Assembly (NCBI GenBank): GCA_965140785.1
Contig: OZ223489.1
Span: 1 to 64,000, forward strand
DNA: 64,000 nucleotides
DNA from: an uncultured Ruficoccus sp.
GTDB taxonomy: Bacteria > Verrucomicrobiota > Verrucomicrobiia > Opitutales > Cerasicoccaceae
Reading direction: 5' to 3'
The translations under genes and the position numbers were made by a program. Of this stretch, positions 40,065 to 50,412 are shown piece by piece (the first letter of the stretch is position 1; the number at the start of each line of letters is the position of its first letter). The notes below the pieces were generated by a model that was not told the DNA's origin, did not search any database, and saw only the letters and a list, made by a program, of their open reading frames with translations.

Positions 40065-41066
40065 CTAATGAATCAAACGGGCGAAGATGAGCTTTCCGCC
40101 CGCCGAGGGCATGACGCTGATGACCTCGACATGCACCTTCTGCCCGACGATTTCACCGGCGTCATTGACCACTACCATGGAACCGTCGCTGAGGTAACCG
40201 ACCGCTTGGTCCGCCTCTTTGCCCGGCTTGACCAGCTCGATCTCGAACTTCTCCCCGACTCCGACCTCGGTGCTCAATGAACGGGCTAATTCGTTAATAT
40301 TCAACCAACTGACCCCCTGAAACTCGGCCAGCTTGGCCAGGTTGTAATCAGTGGTGAGGAGCTTGGCTTTAAGGCTGCGGGCGACGAAGATCAGCTTCTC
40401 GTCCACTTTCTGGCGCGAGCCGACCTCGCTCTCATGGATGGAAACGGGCACATGGGTGAGCTTGCGCAGCTCACTGAGCACCTGGAGGCCCTTGCGGCCC
40501 TTGGCCTGGCGTTGCGTGTCTTTGGAATCGGCAATCCGCTGGAGCTCGTCCATGATAAAACGCGGGATGACCAGCTCGGCGGAGAGAAAGCCGCTCTTGC
40601 AGATGCCGACCACCCGTCCGTCAATGAGGGCGCTGGTATCCAGCACCACCACCGCCATATCGACTTTTTGGGGCACGAATTTGACATAGGGGATGACCAG
40701 ATTGAACTCGTCGCGCCCGCGCAGGGCGATAACGGCCCCCAAGTACATGCTCACCACGTAGAGACTCAGCCGGACCAGAAAAATCGTTTCCGGGTCGCCC
40801 TGCTCCAGCAGCGGCGAGGTGGAAATAAGCAGGGCGATAAGGGCCCCCATGCCCAGCCCGAAGGTCAATGCGGTCAGCCCGCGCAGGGAAAAGCCTTTCA
40901 GGAAAATATCGATCAGGATCGTCAAGGCCCCCAGCAGGGCCCCGAAGAACAAGTACCACCAGAGGTTACCGGCGTCCACATCCGCAGCCGCATAATGGAT
41001 CAGCCAGGCCCCGATCACGCACAGGACGAAGAAAAAGATCCGGAGAATAAAGATCGTTTTTTTCAT
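40065..41066 (-). CDS. PIN/TRAM-domain membrane protein (YacL-like)
   Basis: N-terminal TM helices; LDTSALIDGR; TTDYNL; GKEADQAVGYL.DGSMVVV. Confidence 0.92.
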   Translation of the reverse strand: MKKTIFILRIFFFVLCVIGAWLIHYAAADVDAGNLWWYLFFGALLGALTILIDIFLKGFSLRGLTALTFGLGMGALIALLISTSPLLEQGDPETIFLVRLSLYVVSMYLGAVIALRGRDEFNLVIPYVKFVPQKVDMAVVVLDTSALIDGRVVGICKSGFLSAELVIPRFIMDELQRIADSKDTQRQAKGRKGLQVLSELRKLTHVPVSIHESEVGSRQKVDEKLIFVARSLKAKLLTTDYNLAKLAEFQGVSWLNINELARSLSTEVGVGEKFEIELVKPGKEADQAVGYLSDGSMVVVNDAGEIVGQKVHVEVISVMPSAGGKLIFARLIH

Positions 41067-41115
41067 AACACTCGGCCCGGCAGGCGACATGCGCCCATCG
41101 TCCCGACTACAATGC

Positions 41116-41250
41116 TTACTTTCCCAGGATTAGCCAGACGATTAAGGGCGCGAAGATGAACAGGGCCATCACCCCGTAGAGGATCCACTGCGCGCGTTCG
41201 GCGCGTGCCTGTTCCTCAGGGCTGGGTGGCTGGGACGGTGGAGTCTGCAT
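41116..41250 (-). CDS. small single-TM protein (44 aa)
   Basis: MQTPPSQPPSPEEQARAERAQWILYGVMALFIFAPLIVWLILGK; overlaps the upstream gene end. Confidence 0.45.
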   Translation of the reverse strand: MQTPPSQPPSPEEQARAERAQWILYGVMALFIFAPLIVWLILGK

Positions 41251-43007
41251 CGGCATGGTTCGAGGGGGGATTAAGGTTGGCGGCCAGACGGAAACCGCCC
41301 ATGCGGTCCCGGCGGCGCGGATTGTCGAGCGTGACGGGGACATCGGCCAGGACATCCACAGAGTCCTCAGCGGTTCCACCTGCGACATAGGCTTGTTCCT
41401 GAGAGAGAATTTCCTTCGAGGCGAGCCACTCCTCGACATTGCCCAGCAGGTCGTAAAAGCCCTGGGCGTTCGGCTCCTTGGTCCCCACGTCGTGGGTTTC
41501 GTCGCCCGAGTTGCTCGCGTTCCAGGAAATCTCGTCGAGGTTGACATAGCGCAGGCTGCCGACCGCCGCGTCAAACTCCTCCCGCAGCGGCAGGCGGGCG
41601 GGCAGGCCGAGAATCCAGGACACTTTCTGACAAAACTCCGTGGCTTCGTTCCAGTTCACCGAGTCGACCGGGAGTTTCTCGCCATTGTGGCGGCTGGGGT
41701 TGTTCAGCATGATGCTGTGGTAAAGGGCCTGTGAGACCTCGTAACGGGTGAGGTGCCAGCCGTTCGAGTCGGGGACGGGCACCAACTGGCCATAGATCCG
41801 GTCCTGCAGCAGGGCGATATCATCCTTGATAAACTTGAGGAAACGCAGCTTGATCACCGTTTCCTCCGTCAGCAAGGTGCTGCGCGGGTAGGATTCACGG
41901 AAGGCCTGGACCTTTTCGAAGAGGCCCGGGATGATCTCTCCGGCCTGCCAGACCTTACGGTCCCGCAAGCTCTGATCGAGCTCAGCGATTTCGGTGATGA
42001 TTTCCTCCCCGACTTCCCGGCTAAGGGCGTCGGTGGCGAGGTCGCGGAGTTCCTCCACGCGCTTGTTGGAGGCGAAGCGGCTCTGCGAGTGCTCCTGGTT
42101 GAGGCGGCGCTGGAGGCGGGAAGCGGCGTTGAGTTCCTCGGCGGCCACCTGGTAGTCCTTCTTGGCGAGGGCGTCTTTGCCCTTGGTCTCATGACTCTGA
42201 ATTTCCTCGTAGAGGTCGCTCGACTCCATCGAGGCCAGTTCCACCTGCAAGTGACTCAGGCGGGTGACGTCGGCATAATGCAACCCGCGAAACTCCAGGT
42301 TGAGTTCCTTCTGTAGGTGGATGGCTTCAGTCAACTGCTTTTTGGCCTCGGCCCAGTCCTCTTTTTCGGCGGCGGCCTTTGAGAGGCGCTCGGCCTCATT
42401 GGAGGCATCCCAGAGAGGCTGGGCGCGCAGTTCCTTGACCTTGCGCTCGAGTTGGGTCAAACGGCCGACATCGCGGCGGTTACTGAGGGGGTAATCCTCG
42501 TTGATCTTGCGCTGTAAGTCGGTTGCCTTGCGGTAGTTGCGCAGGGCCATTTCCAGGTCGTCCTGAGCCTCGTAGTTGTGCCCCTGGCGCTCGGCCACAA
42601 GGCTCTCCCGGTACTCCTGGGCGGCCAGGGTATCCTGATAAAGGGTCTGCAGGCTCTGGAGACGCTGGCCGGCCTCGGCATTGTAACCGCCGAGGGCCTG
42701 TTTATAGGCTTCCTGCTTGGCGATCGACTGTTCGAGCAGGGTGATGTCTTCCTCCGTGGGTTCGCGCAGGGCGGAAATTTCGACAAACTGATCCTCCAGC
42801 TTCTTGCTGTCATCCAGGAGCTTAAGCGTCTCCTCGGAGTTGGGAGCGGTGTATGTGATCTCGGAGGGATCAATGTTTTTCGGACCGAGCAGAGAGAGCG
42901 CGTAAGCGGCCCCCCAGGCCGACTCCGATGGCGAGAAAAACGGCCAGAATACGAAAGAGGATGCGATGACGGTACCAGAAACCCCGTTGTTTGCGATGAC
43001 GAGACAT
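41216..43007 (-). CDS. membrane-anchored helical-repeat protein with C-terminal FGE-sulfatase (SUMF1) domain; one apparent +1 frameshift
   Basis: YEVSQ..Y, LPVDSVNW, RLP..EE, PNAQGFYDLLGNVEEW, GFR. The N-terminus MSRHRKQRGFW joins the main frame after removing one base from the C-run at 42910-42915. Confidence 0.8.
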
Positions 43008-43130
43008 AGAGAGGAAAAAAGTGCAGTAAAAGGAGCCCCCGAGGGAAATGCCAGTCAAAAGGCGAAGCCGAATTGGGCCCCCTGGTAAGGAAAAGAACAC
43101 ATTTTGGCTCGCCTGTTCCATCCCCCATGC

Positions 43131-43997
43131 ATGAAAAAGACAGCGATGTTCGGCAAACTGACGGTACTCGGGACGGGCCTGCTTGGGGCCTCGCTCATGC
43201 AGGCGGCCAAGGCAAGAGGCCTGTGCCGGGAGGCGCTGGCCTGGTCGCGACGACCGGAGACCCGCCTCAAATGCGAAGAGCAGAGCTGGTGCGACGGGGT
43301 CTTCCCCACCGCCGCCGAGGCCGTGGCCGAAGCCGATCTGGTCGTACTGGCCGTGCCGGTGGTCAACATCGTGCCTCTGCTGGAGGAGATAGCACCCGCC
43401 CTCAAGCCCGGAGCGCTCATCACCGATGTGGGGAGCACCAAGAGCCTGATCTGCCGCCACGGCACCGCTGCCATTCCTGAGCGGGCCACCTTTGTCGGCT
43501 CGCACCCCATGGCCGGCTCGGAGAAGACCGGCCTGGATTTCGCCCGCGAGGATCTTTTCGAGAAACGCGCCTGCTTCGTCACCCCGCTGGAAAGTACACC
43601 CGCGGAGGCCGTCGAAAAGATCATGCGCTTCTGGCGTGAACTGGGTATGGAGGTCGCCACCGCCAGCCCTGAGGCCCACGACGAGATCGTGGCCCACATC
43701 AGCCACCTGCCCCACATCCTGGCCTCGGTCCTGTGCGACACGCTGGCGGCGCGGGACACCTCCTGGCGCAACTACGCCGGGGGCGGCCTGCGCGACACCA
43801 CCCGCATCGCCGCCGGGGACCCCCACCTGTGGAAAGCCATCATTCTGGAAAACCGCGAGGAAATCCTCCGCGCCATGCAGGGCTTCGAGGAGCACTGGCA
43901 GCAGATGCGCGCCGCCATCACCAACAACGACCCCTTTGCCATCGTCAACCTGCTCGAACAGGGCAAAACCTACCGCGACGCCGTCCGCAACGACTAG
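43131..43997 (+). CDS. tyrA: prephenate/arogenate dehydrogenase
   Basis: GTGLLGAS, TDVGSTK, SHPMAGSE, HDEIVA.ISHLPH, RDTTRIA. Confidence 0.92.
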   Translation: MKKTAMFGKLTVLGTGLLGASLMQAAKARGLCREALAWSRRPETRLKCEEQSWCDGVFPTAAEAVAEADLVVLAVPVVNIVPLLEEIAPALKPGALITDVGSTKSLICRHGTAAIPERATFVGSHPMAGSEKTGLDFAREDLFEKRACFVTPLESTPAEAVEKIMRFWRELGMEVATASPEAHDEIVAHISHLPHILASVLCDTLAARDTSWRNYAGGGLRDTTRIAAGDPHLWKAIILENREEILRAMQGFEEHWQQMRAAITNNDPFAIVNLLEQGKTYRDAVRND

Positions 43998-44017
43998 AGA
44001 TTTAGAAAATATAAATA

Positions 44018-44223
44018 ACCACTAAGACGCAAAGACACAAAGATGGAAGGCAGAGAACCCTTGTCGCTCTGCGTCCCCTCCCCTCACCTTAAATTCTACT
44101 CCACCCAGCAAATAAGGTAAATTTAAGCCAAGAGCGCACACCCAGCTTTTTGCATGACAATGACCACAATAAATAGGCCGAACACCGGAAAACTCATCCT
44201 TTGTGTCTCTGTGCCTTTGTGGT
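44018..44223. repeat. heptamer-ladder inverted repeat (period-8 variant)
   Basis: CACTAAG/CGCAAAG/CACAAAG at 44020, 44028, 44036; CTTTGTG/CTCTGTG/CTTTGTG at 44199, 44207, 44215. Confidence 0.8.
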
Positions 44224-44280
44224 AAATATTAACTCCCCGGTATAACCGCAGCCACCCACCCTTTGCCCGAATCCATCCCG

Positions 44281-45621
44281 ATGGAGCCACTGACTCTGAA
44301 ACCTTTCCGCCAGCCGGTCGCCGGTACAGTGAGCCTGCCCGGCTCCAAGAGCATCACCAACCGCGCCCTTATCCTGGCCGCTCTCTCGCGCGAATCCCTC
44401 ACGCTGGAGGGGGCGCTCTTCAGCGAGGACACCGAGATCATGATCGCCGCGCTCCAGGCGCTGGGCTTCACCGTCTCGGCTGACGCCGCAGGCAAAACGA
44501 TCTTTATCGTCGGACGCGGCGGGGAGATCCCACAGCCGCAGGCCGAGCTCCAGGTGGGCAACGCCGGGACCGCCGCCCGTTTCCTCACCGCCCTGCTCGC
44601 CCTCAAACCCGGCGGCCACTACCGGCTCGACGGCTCGGAGGCCATGCGCAAGCGCCCCATGCGCGGCCTGCTCGATGCCCTCGCCCGCGCCGGAGCCGCC
44701 GAGGCCACCTTTGGCGGCAAGGAAGGATTTTTCCCCTTTGAGCTGAAAACGCAGGGCTTCGCCGGGGGCTCGCTGAGCGTGGATGCCTCGGCCAGCAGCC
44801 AGATTCTCTCCGCCCTGCTCATGGCCGCCCCGCTGGCCCGGGAGCCGCTCACCATCGAGTTGGCGGGGGAAACCGTCTCCAAGCCCTTCGTCGAGATGAC
44901 GCTGACCATGATGGCGCAGTTCGGGATCGAGCCGGAATCCGCCGCGGGCGGGCGCACCGCCTTCGCGGGGGGCAGCAGCTACTACTACAACCGCCCGGCC
45001 TACGTGATCGAGCCCGACGCGACCGCCGCCAGCTATTTCCTCGCCCTACCCTGGGTCACCGGCGGCGGGCTGCGGCTCCAGCGCCTCGGGCGGGTCTCGC
45101 TCCAGGGCGACATCAGTTTTACCGAAGTCATGGCCGCCCTCGGCGTGGAAACCTCCACCGACGGCGACGACCTCATCGTCTCGACCGGTCAGGCCCCTGG
45201 GGAGATACCGGCCAGCTTCGACTTTAACGCCATTTCGGACACTTTTCTGACTCTGGCCGCGCTCGCGCCGCTGCTGAACCAGCCGCTCACCATCACCGGC
45301 ATCGCCCACACCCGCAAGCAGGAGACCGACCGCGTCCACGCCATGGCGACCGAACTGCGTAAGCTCGGCCAGCGCGTGGACGAAACCGAGGATGCGCTCA
45401 CCGTTCACCCGGACCTGGCCGCGATGAAAGCCGCCACGGCGGACGCCCCCGTGGCCATCGACACCTACCGCGACCACCGCGTGGCCATGAGCTTCGGCAT
45501 CCTCGGCTGCCGCGACCTGCACGGCGACGGCCGCCCCTGGCTCACCATCAACGACCCCGGCTGCTGCGCCAAGACCTTCCCGAACTTTTTCGAGGTCCTC
45601 AAAAACCTCCGCCCGTCATGA
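44281..45621 (+). CDS. aroA: 3-phosphoshikimate 1-carboxyvinyltransferase
   Basis: LPGSKSITNR, GNAGTAARF, SSQ, RKQETDR, DHRVAM, KTFP. Confidence 0.97.
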   Translation: MEPLTLKPFRQPVAGTVSLPGSKSITNRALILAALSRESLTLEGALFSEDTEIMIAALQALGFTVSADAAGKTIFIVGRGGEIPQPQAELQVGNAGTAARFLTALLALKPGGHYRLDGSEAMRKRPMRGLLDALARAGAAEATFGGKEGFFPFELKTQGFAGGSLSVDASASSQILSALLMAAPLAREPLTIELAGETVSKPFVEMTLTMMAQFGIEPESAAGGRTAFAGGSSYYYNRPAYVIEPDATAASYFLALPWVTGGGLRLQRLGRVSLQGDISFTEVMAALGVETSTDGDDLIVSTGQAPGEIPASFDFNAISDTFLTLAALAPLLNQPLTITGIAHTRKQETDRVHAMATELRKLGQRVDETEDALTVHPDLAAMKAATADAPVAIDTYRDHRVAMSFGILGCRDLHGDGRPWLTINDPGCCAKTFPNFFEVLKNLRPS

Positions 45622-46079
45622 GTACGCCCACCCCCGTTATCGCCTTACGGTACTTACTACCGCTGCTACTAACCTTATCTTGCCTCAGTGCCTCCGCCGA
45701 TGAGAAGGCCGCCTATCTGGAGAAAAACAATCTGAGCCTGGACGATTTTTTCCATTTCAACCTCACCTCAGTTGATACCGAAATTTACTATTATGACCGC
45801 ATATTAACCCAGTTGATGGGTTTTCACACCGATGCGTTCAGAAGGGATAACCCGACCCTTGAAGATAACGAAAAAGAGGCAAAAATCACTGAAATCATCA
45901 AGGGATACGAAAGTGAAAAGGCGGATTTCAATAATCGCTTAGAAGAATTCGTAGAAGGTCTTCCAGCGGGTTATTCCTTGTACTTTGTTTCATTTCGCAC
46001 AGAAGGCAGAAAGCAGCTTGAAGGGTACTATGCGATCAAAGATGGCGTACTTGTGCGTAAAGATTTAATAGAATTTTGA
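45618..46079 (+). CDS. hypothetical secreted protein (AT-rich)
   Basis: Signal peptide; ATGA overlap with the aroA stop; markedly lower GC. Confidence 0.7.
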   Translation: MSTPTPVIALRYLLPLLLTLSCLSASADEKAAYLEKNNLSLDDFFHFNLTSVDTEIYYYDRILTQLMGFHTDAFRRDNPTLEDNEKEAKITEIIKGYESEKADFNNRLEEFVEGLPAGYSLYFVSFRTEGRKQLEGYYAIKDGVLVRKDLIEF

Positions 46080-46087
46080 TTTATTTC

Positions 46088-46768
46088 ATGACCCAGACCC
46101 CCGTTATCGCCGTGGACGGCGGCGCCGCCAGCGGCAAGTCCTCCACCTCGCGCCGCCTGGCCGCCCGTTTTAACCTGATGCATGTGGACACCGGTTCGCA
46201 CTACCGCGCCGTGACCTTCGCGCTCGTGCAGGCCGGGGTCAGTCCCGGCGACGAGGCCGCCATCCAGGCGCAGCTCGCACAACTCCAGCTCGGACAGGAA
46301 ATCGACGGTCAGAGCGCCCGCATCAGCATCGGGGGCCGCGTCCCGCGCGAAGAAGACATTCGCTCGGAGGCGGTCAACGCCGCGGTCTCGCCCTTTGCCG
46401 CCGTGCCCGCAGTGCGGCAGTTCCTCTTCGACTACCAGCGCTCGCAGGCCGGCGTGGCCGCGAAGGAGGGCTTCAACGGCCTGATCATGGAGGGCCGCGA
46501 CATCGGCTCGGTCATTTTCCCGGACGCGAAGCTGCGCTTTTTCCTGGAGGCGGACGAAGCCACCCGCGCCGCCCGTCGCGCCAAGGAGGGCCAGACCGAC
46601 TCCATCGCCGAGCGCGACCGGATCGACTCCTCCCGCAAGACCGCCCCGCTGGTCTGCCCGGAGGGCGCCCGGCGCGTGGACACCTCTCACCTCACCCTCG
46701 ACCAGGTCGTGGACCTGCTGGCCGGGGAAATCGAACAGGCTACCGGACTGGCCGCCGCCCAGGCATGA
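46088..46768 (+). CDS. cmk: cytidylate kinase
   Basis: IAVDGGAASGKSS, DTGSHYR, EGRDIGSVIFP, RDRID..R..APL. Confidence 0.95.
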   Translation: MTQTPVIAVDGGAASGKSSTSRRLAARFNLMHVDTGSHYRAVTFALVQAGVSPGDEAAIQAQLAQLQLGQEIDGQSARISIGGRVPREEDIRSEAVNAAVSPFAAVPAVRQFLFDYQRSQAGVAAKEGFNGLIMEGRDIGSVIFPDAKLRFFLEADEATRAARRAKEGQTDSIAERDRIDSSRKTAPLVCPEGARRVDTSHLTLDQVVDLLAGEIEQATGLAAAQA

Positions 46769-47412
46769 AAAATCCCGGCACCAACAGCATTTACCGGGGT
46801 GGCTGGGCACTCTCGCGCTTCATCTTCGACTATTTCACCCGCTGGGAAATCTACGGCACCGAGAACATCCCGAAGGAGGGGCCGTTCCTGCTGGCGGGCA
46901 ACCACGCGAGCTTTTTCGACCCGCCGGCCTTCGGCTCGGCCTGCCCGCGCGAGCTGCACTACTTCGCCCGCAGCACGCTCTTTGTGGGCAGGTTCGGCAA
47001 CCTCATCCGCCAGTGCCGAGCCATCCCGGTGGACCGCGACGGCGGCAACGACCTCCAGGCCTTCCGCGAGGTCTTCAAGGTCCTGCGCAGCGGCGGCGGG
47101 CTGCTGGTCTTCCCCGAGGGCACTCGCTCGGACGACGGCGCCCTGCGCGAGGCCCGGCCCGGCGTGGGCATGATCGCCGTGCGGGCCAAGGTCCCGATCA
47201 TCCCGGCCCGCATCCACGGCAGCTTCCGGATATTCAGCCGCCACCACAAGCTGCCCGACCTGAAAAACCGCCTCAGCGTGGTCTATGGCCCGCCCCTCGA
47301 CGTGGCCGACCTCGACCCCGGCGACACCGCCCCCCGGCGCTTTCTGACCATCAGCCAGCGCGTCCTCGACGCCATCGGCCAGCTCAATCCACCGCCCCGG
47401 CAGGAGGTTTGA
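46765..47412 (+). CDS. plsC: 1-acyl-sn-glycerol-3-phosphate acyltransferase
   Basis: NHASFFDP, FPEGTRS. Confidence 0.85.
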   Translation: MKNPGTNSIYRGGWALSRFIFDYFTRWEIYGTENIPKEGPFLLAGNHASFFDPPAFGSACPRELHYFARSTLFVGRFGNLIRQCRAIPVDRDGGNDLQAFREVFKVLRSGGGLLVFPEGTRSDDGALREARPGVGMIAVRAKVPIIPARIHGSFRIFSRHHKLPDLKNRLSVVYGPPLDVADLDPGDTAPRRFLTISQRVLDAIGQLNPPPRQEV

Positions 47413-47420
47413 GAAAACGC

Positions 47421-47585
47421 TCACGAAGAGCACAAAGAAGACACGAAGGGCACGAAGACTTTTTTCATATACTCTATCAGCCAAAGCCTTTCCTCACAGA
47501 AAGCAGAGCCATTGAGGACTCAAAAAAACTTCTGGGCGGCAAACTCCTTCGTGCCCTTCGTGTCTTCTTCGTGCCCTTCGTGACC
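47421..47585. repeat. heptamer-ladder inverted repeat (CACRAAG x4), second copy
   Basis: Arms 47421-47458 and 47546-47585 are near-identical to those at 2597-2712; the spacer differs. Confidence 0.9.
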
Positions 47586-47643
47586 CATTCCGCCCGCTCA
47601 ACCCGCGCTTGACTTGAACCGTAGCTGCGCAAAAGTGAGCATC

Positions 47644-47952
47644 ATGTCCTCCGATATCGTTCAATTCTCTGACGGTGATAAAGAATTCGTCTGCGCCTTC
47701 GTCGGGCCGCTCAACGCCGAACGCTGCCAGCAAGTTCAGGACGACCTGATCAAGAAGATCGAAAGCACGGAGGACGTCGTGAACTTCGACATGAAGGAGG
47801 TCACCTTCGCCTCCTCGTCCTTTCTGCGCATCGTGCTGACCGTCAACAAGCGCGTCGGCAAGCACCGGCTCAAGATCAGCAACGTCGATCCCCAGGTCAA
47901 AAAGGTCTTCAAGATGTCCGGCCTCTGGGACGCCCTCGAAATGGGCAAATAG
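47644..47952 (+). CDS. STAS-domain anti-sigma factor antagonist
   Basis: G.LNA, FDMKEVTFASSSFLR, VKKVFKMSG. Confidence 0.85.
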   Translation: MSSDIVQFSDGDKEFVCAFVGPLNAERCQQVQDDLIKKIESTEDVVNFDMKEVTFASSSFLRIVLTVNKRVGKHRLKISNVDPQVKKVFKMSGLWDALEMGK

Positions 47953-48184
47953 GTCCGGCTGGACCAGCATTCAGGGGCTGCGCCCCTGCGACAGGTTTCA
48001 CCTGCGGGCATTCAGGGGCTGCGCCCCTGCGACAGGTTTCACCTGCGGGCATTAAGGGGCTCCGCCCCTACGACAGGTTGCACCTGCGGGCAATGAGGGG
48101 CTCCGCCCCTACGACAGGTTGCACCTGCGGGCAATGAGGGGCTGCGCCCCTGCGCCGCCAGAAAGGCGGCTACCCCGGGACGCT
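47950..48184. repeat. tandem array of 41-bp REP units (4 full plus 1 partial) inside a modular REP
   Basis: GCATTCAGGGGCTGCGCCCCTGCGACAGGTTTCACCTGCGG-type units start at 47967, 48008, 48049, 48090 and 48131. Confidence 0.92.
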
Positions 48185-48460
48185 CATTCAGAGAAGGGCA
48201 ACGCACCTGCTTTGCCCTGTTACCGTTTAATAGGCTCGGCAGCTCCGCCCACCCATCGAGTTTAATCCGCGCACATGCGCGTTTCATCCGTGGCTACAAT
48301 AAAAATACCCTAAAGGCTTTACAGCGGGCGGCTCGATCCCAAGCCTGCTCCGCTTCCCGTTGACCGGGACGCTTTCCTTGCCTGTCACCGTATCTTCCTT
48401 CGGAGGCCCAGAACGCCGCTCCGGCCCGCCCCTGGCCGGACGAACACGCCCAGAAGGATC

Positions 48461-50161
48461 ATGCTCAATTTTTTCCGTAAACGCTCCGCCAACCTCAAGG
48501 ACGACCTGCTCTCGGGTCTGACCGTCGCGCTCGCCCTCGTGCCCGAAGCCATTGCTTTCGCGTTCGTCGCCGGGGTCTCGCCCATCATCGGGCTGTACTC
48601 GGCCTTTTTCATGGGACTGATCACGGCCATCTTCGGCGGGCGACCGGGGATGATCTCCGGCGCCACCGGAGCAGTGGCGGTCGTACTGGTCCCGCTGGTG
48701 GCCAAGTACGGCGTGGAGTACCTCTTTCCGACCGTCATCCTGTGCGGCCTGATCCAGATGCTGGCCGGGGTTGGCAAGCTGGGGCAGTTCATCCGCATGG
48801 TGCCCCACTCGGTCATGCTGGGCTTCGTCAACGGGCTGGCCATCGTGATCTTCATGGCGCAGTTCGGCAGCTTCAAGACCATCAACAGCGTGGGCGAGCT
48901 GGTTTTCCTGCAAGGGCCCGCCCTCATCCTCATGCTCGCGCTGGTTGGCCTGACCATGCTCATCATCTGGCTGCTGCCGAAGTTTACCCGCGCCGTGCCC
49001 GCCTCCCTGGCAGCCATCCTCGTCATCACGGGTCTGTCACTGGCCATTAACAAAGCCGCCCCTGAGAACTGGAGTGCCAACGGCCAGACCCACGCCCTCC
49101 TGACCGTGGGCGACATGCTCCGCGCCAATACCACCGCCCGCGCCACGGCCGAGATCCGCGAAGAGCTCGGTGAGGACGCCGTGCCGCACGACTACACCGC
49201 GCTGGTCACCGAACGGGTCGATGCCGAGGGCGGCATTTCCGCCGGTTTCCCCAAATTGTTTTTCCTCGACGACAAGTACGAGATCCTGCCGCCGCTGAAC
49301 CTGCACACGCTCTGGATCATCCTGCCCTTTGCCCTCACCATGGCCGGGGTCGGCCTGATCGAGTCCCTCATGACCCTGAGCCTGATCGACGAAATTACCG
49401 AGACCCGCGGACGCGGCAACCGCGAATGCTTCGGGCAGGGCTTGGCCAATATCGTCAGCGGCCTCTTCGGCGGGATGGGCGGCTGCGCCATGATCGGCCA
49501 GTCTCTCATCAACGTGAACTCCGGAGGGCGGGGGCGCGCCAGCGGAATCACCGCCGCCCTCTGCCTGCTGTCCTTCGTGCTGGTGCTGGCTCCGTGGATC
49601 GAGATGATCCCCATGGCCGCGCTGGTCGGGGTGATGTTCATGGTCGTGATCGGCACCTTCGAATGGGCCAGTCTGCGCACCTTCCGCAAGATCCCGCTGA
49701 GCGACGTGCTCGTCATGATCGTGGTGGCCGGATACACGGTGGTCATGCATGACCTGGCCACAGCGGTGATCATCGGCGTCATCATTTCGGCCCTGGTCTT
49801 CGCCTGGCGGCACGCCACGCACCTGGGCGCGGAATCCTACGAAAACGAGGCCGGGAGCCGCGTTTACCAGTTGCACGGCCCGTTGTTCTTCGCCTCCGTC
49901 AGCTCGTTCAAAGAGTTGTTCAACCCGCAGGAAGACCCGGACGACGTGGTGATCGACTTCTATTTCACCCGCGTCTATGACCAGTCCGGGCTGGAGGCCA
50001 TCAATACCCTCGCCGACAAGTACCGCACCCTCGGCAAGCGCCTCCACCTGACTCACCTCTCCCCCGAATGCCGCAAACTGCTCGACAAGGCCGGGGACAT
50101 GATCGAGGTCAACCTCTCCGAAGACCCCCAGTACCACGTCGCCACCGACCGCCTCGGCTAG
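48461..50161 (+). CDS. SulP-family inorganic anion transporter
   Basis: [41 protein letters not shown]-terminal STAS (GPLFFAS). Confidence 0.95.
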   Translation: MLNFFRKRSANLKDDLLSGLTVALALVPEAIAFAFVAGVSPIIGLYSAFFMGLITAIFGGRPGMISGATGAVAVVLVPLVAKYGVEYLFPTVILCGLIQMLAGVGKLGQFIRMVPHSVMLGFVNGLAIVIFMAQFGSFKTINSVGELVFLQGPALILMLALVGLTMLIIWLLPKFTRAVPASLAAILVITGLSLAINKAAPENWSANGQTHALLTVGDMLRANTTARATAEIREELGEDAVPHDYTALVTERVDAEGGISAGFPKLFFLDDKYEILPPLNLHTLWIILPFALTMAGVGLIESLMTLSLIDEITETRGRGNRECFGQGLANIVSGLFGGMGGCAMIGQSLINVNSGGRGRASGITAALCLLSFVLVLAPWIEMIPMAALVGVMFMVVIGTFEWASLRTFRKIPLSDVLVMIVVAGYTVVMHDLATAVIIGVIISALVFAWRHATHLGAESYENEAGSRVYQLHGPLFFASVSSFKELFNPQEDPDDVVIDFYFTRVYDQSGLEAINTLADKYRTLGKRLHLTHLSPECRKLLDKAGDMIEVNLSEDPQYHVATDRLG

Positions 50162-50268
50162 GTCCGGCTGGACCAGCATTCAGGGGCTCCGCCCCTACGC
50201 GGGTGCGTGACCGCACCGGACATCCAAGGGCTCCGCCCCTACGCGGCCAGAAAGGCCGCTACCCGGGG
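50159..50268. repeat. modular GTAG REP starting at the SulP stop codon
   Basis: TAGGTCCGGCTGGACCAGCATTCAGGGGCT, identical to the start at 47950. Confidence 0.85.
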
Positions 50269-50412
50269 AGGGGAGTTTGAAGGTTTGGGGTTTGAGAGTT
50301 TGAAAGTTATGTTGGGGGTGATGAGGGAGGAATCGGGCGTGGAAGGACACAGCCCCTCGCGCAAAGGGCGGATCGTTTGGAGACAGGCCCTTGGAAACAG
50401 GCCCTGACGGCC

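Noticed and set aside
40065..41066. PIN toxin of a toxin-antitoxin system
   Set aside because: It has the membrane-bound PIN/TRAM (YacL-type) architecture and no antitoxin.
47967..48154. Possible CRISPR array
   Set aside because: The units are contiguous with no unique spacers, no cas genes are present, and the same modules occur dispersed as REPs.
50272..50308. GTTTG repeats at 7-8 bp period
   Set aside because: Short and degenerate, with no inverted partner found; too little to call an element.
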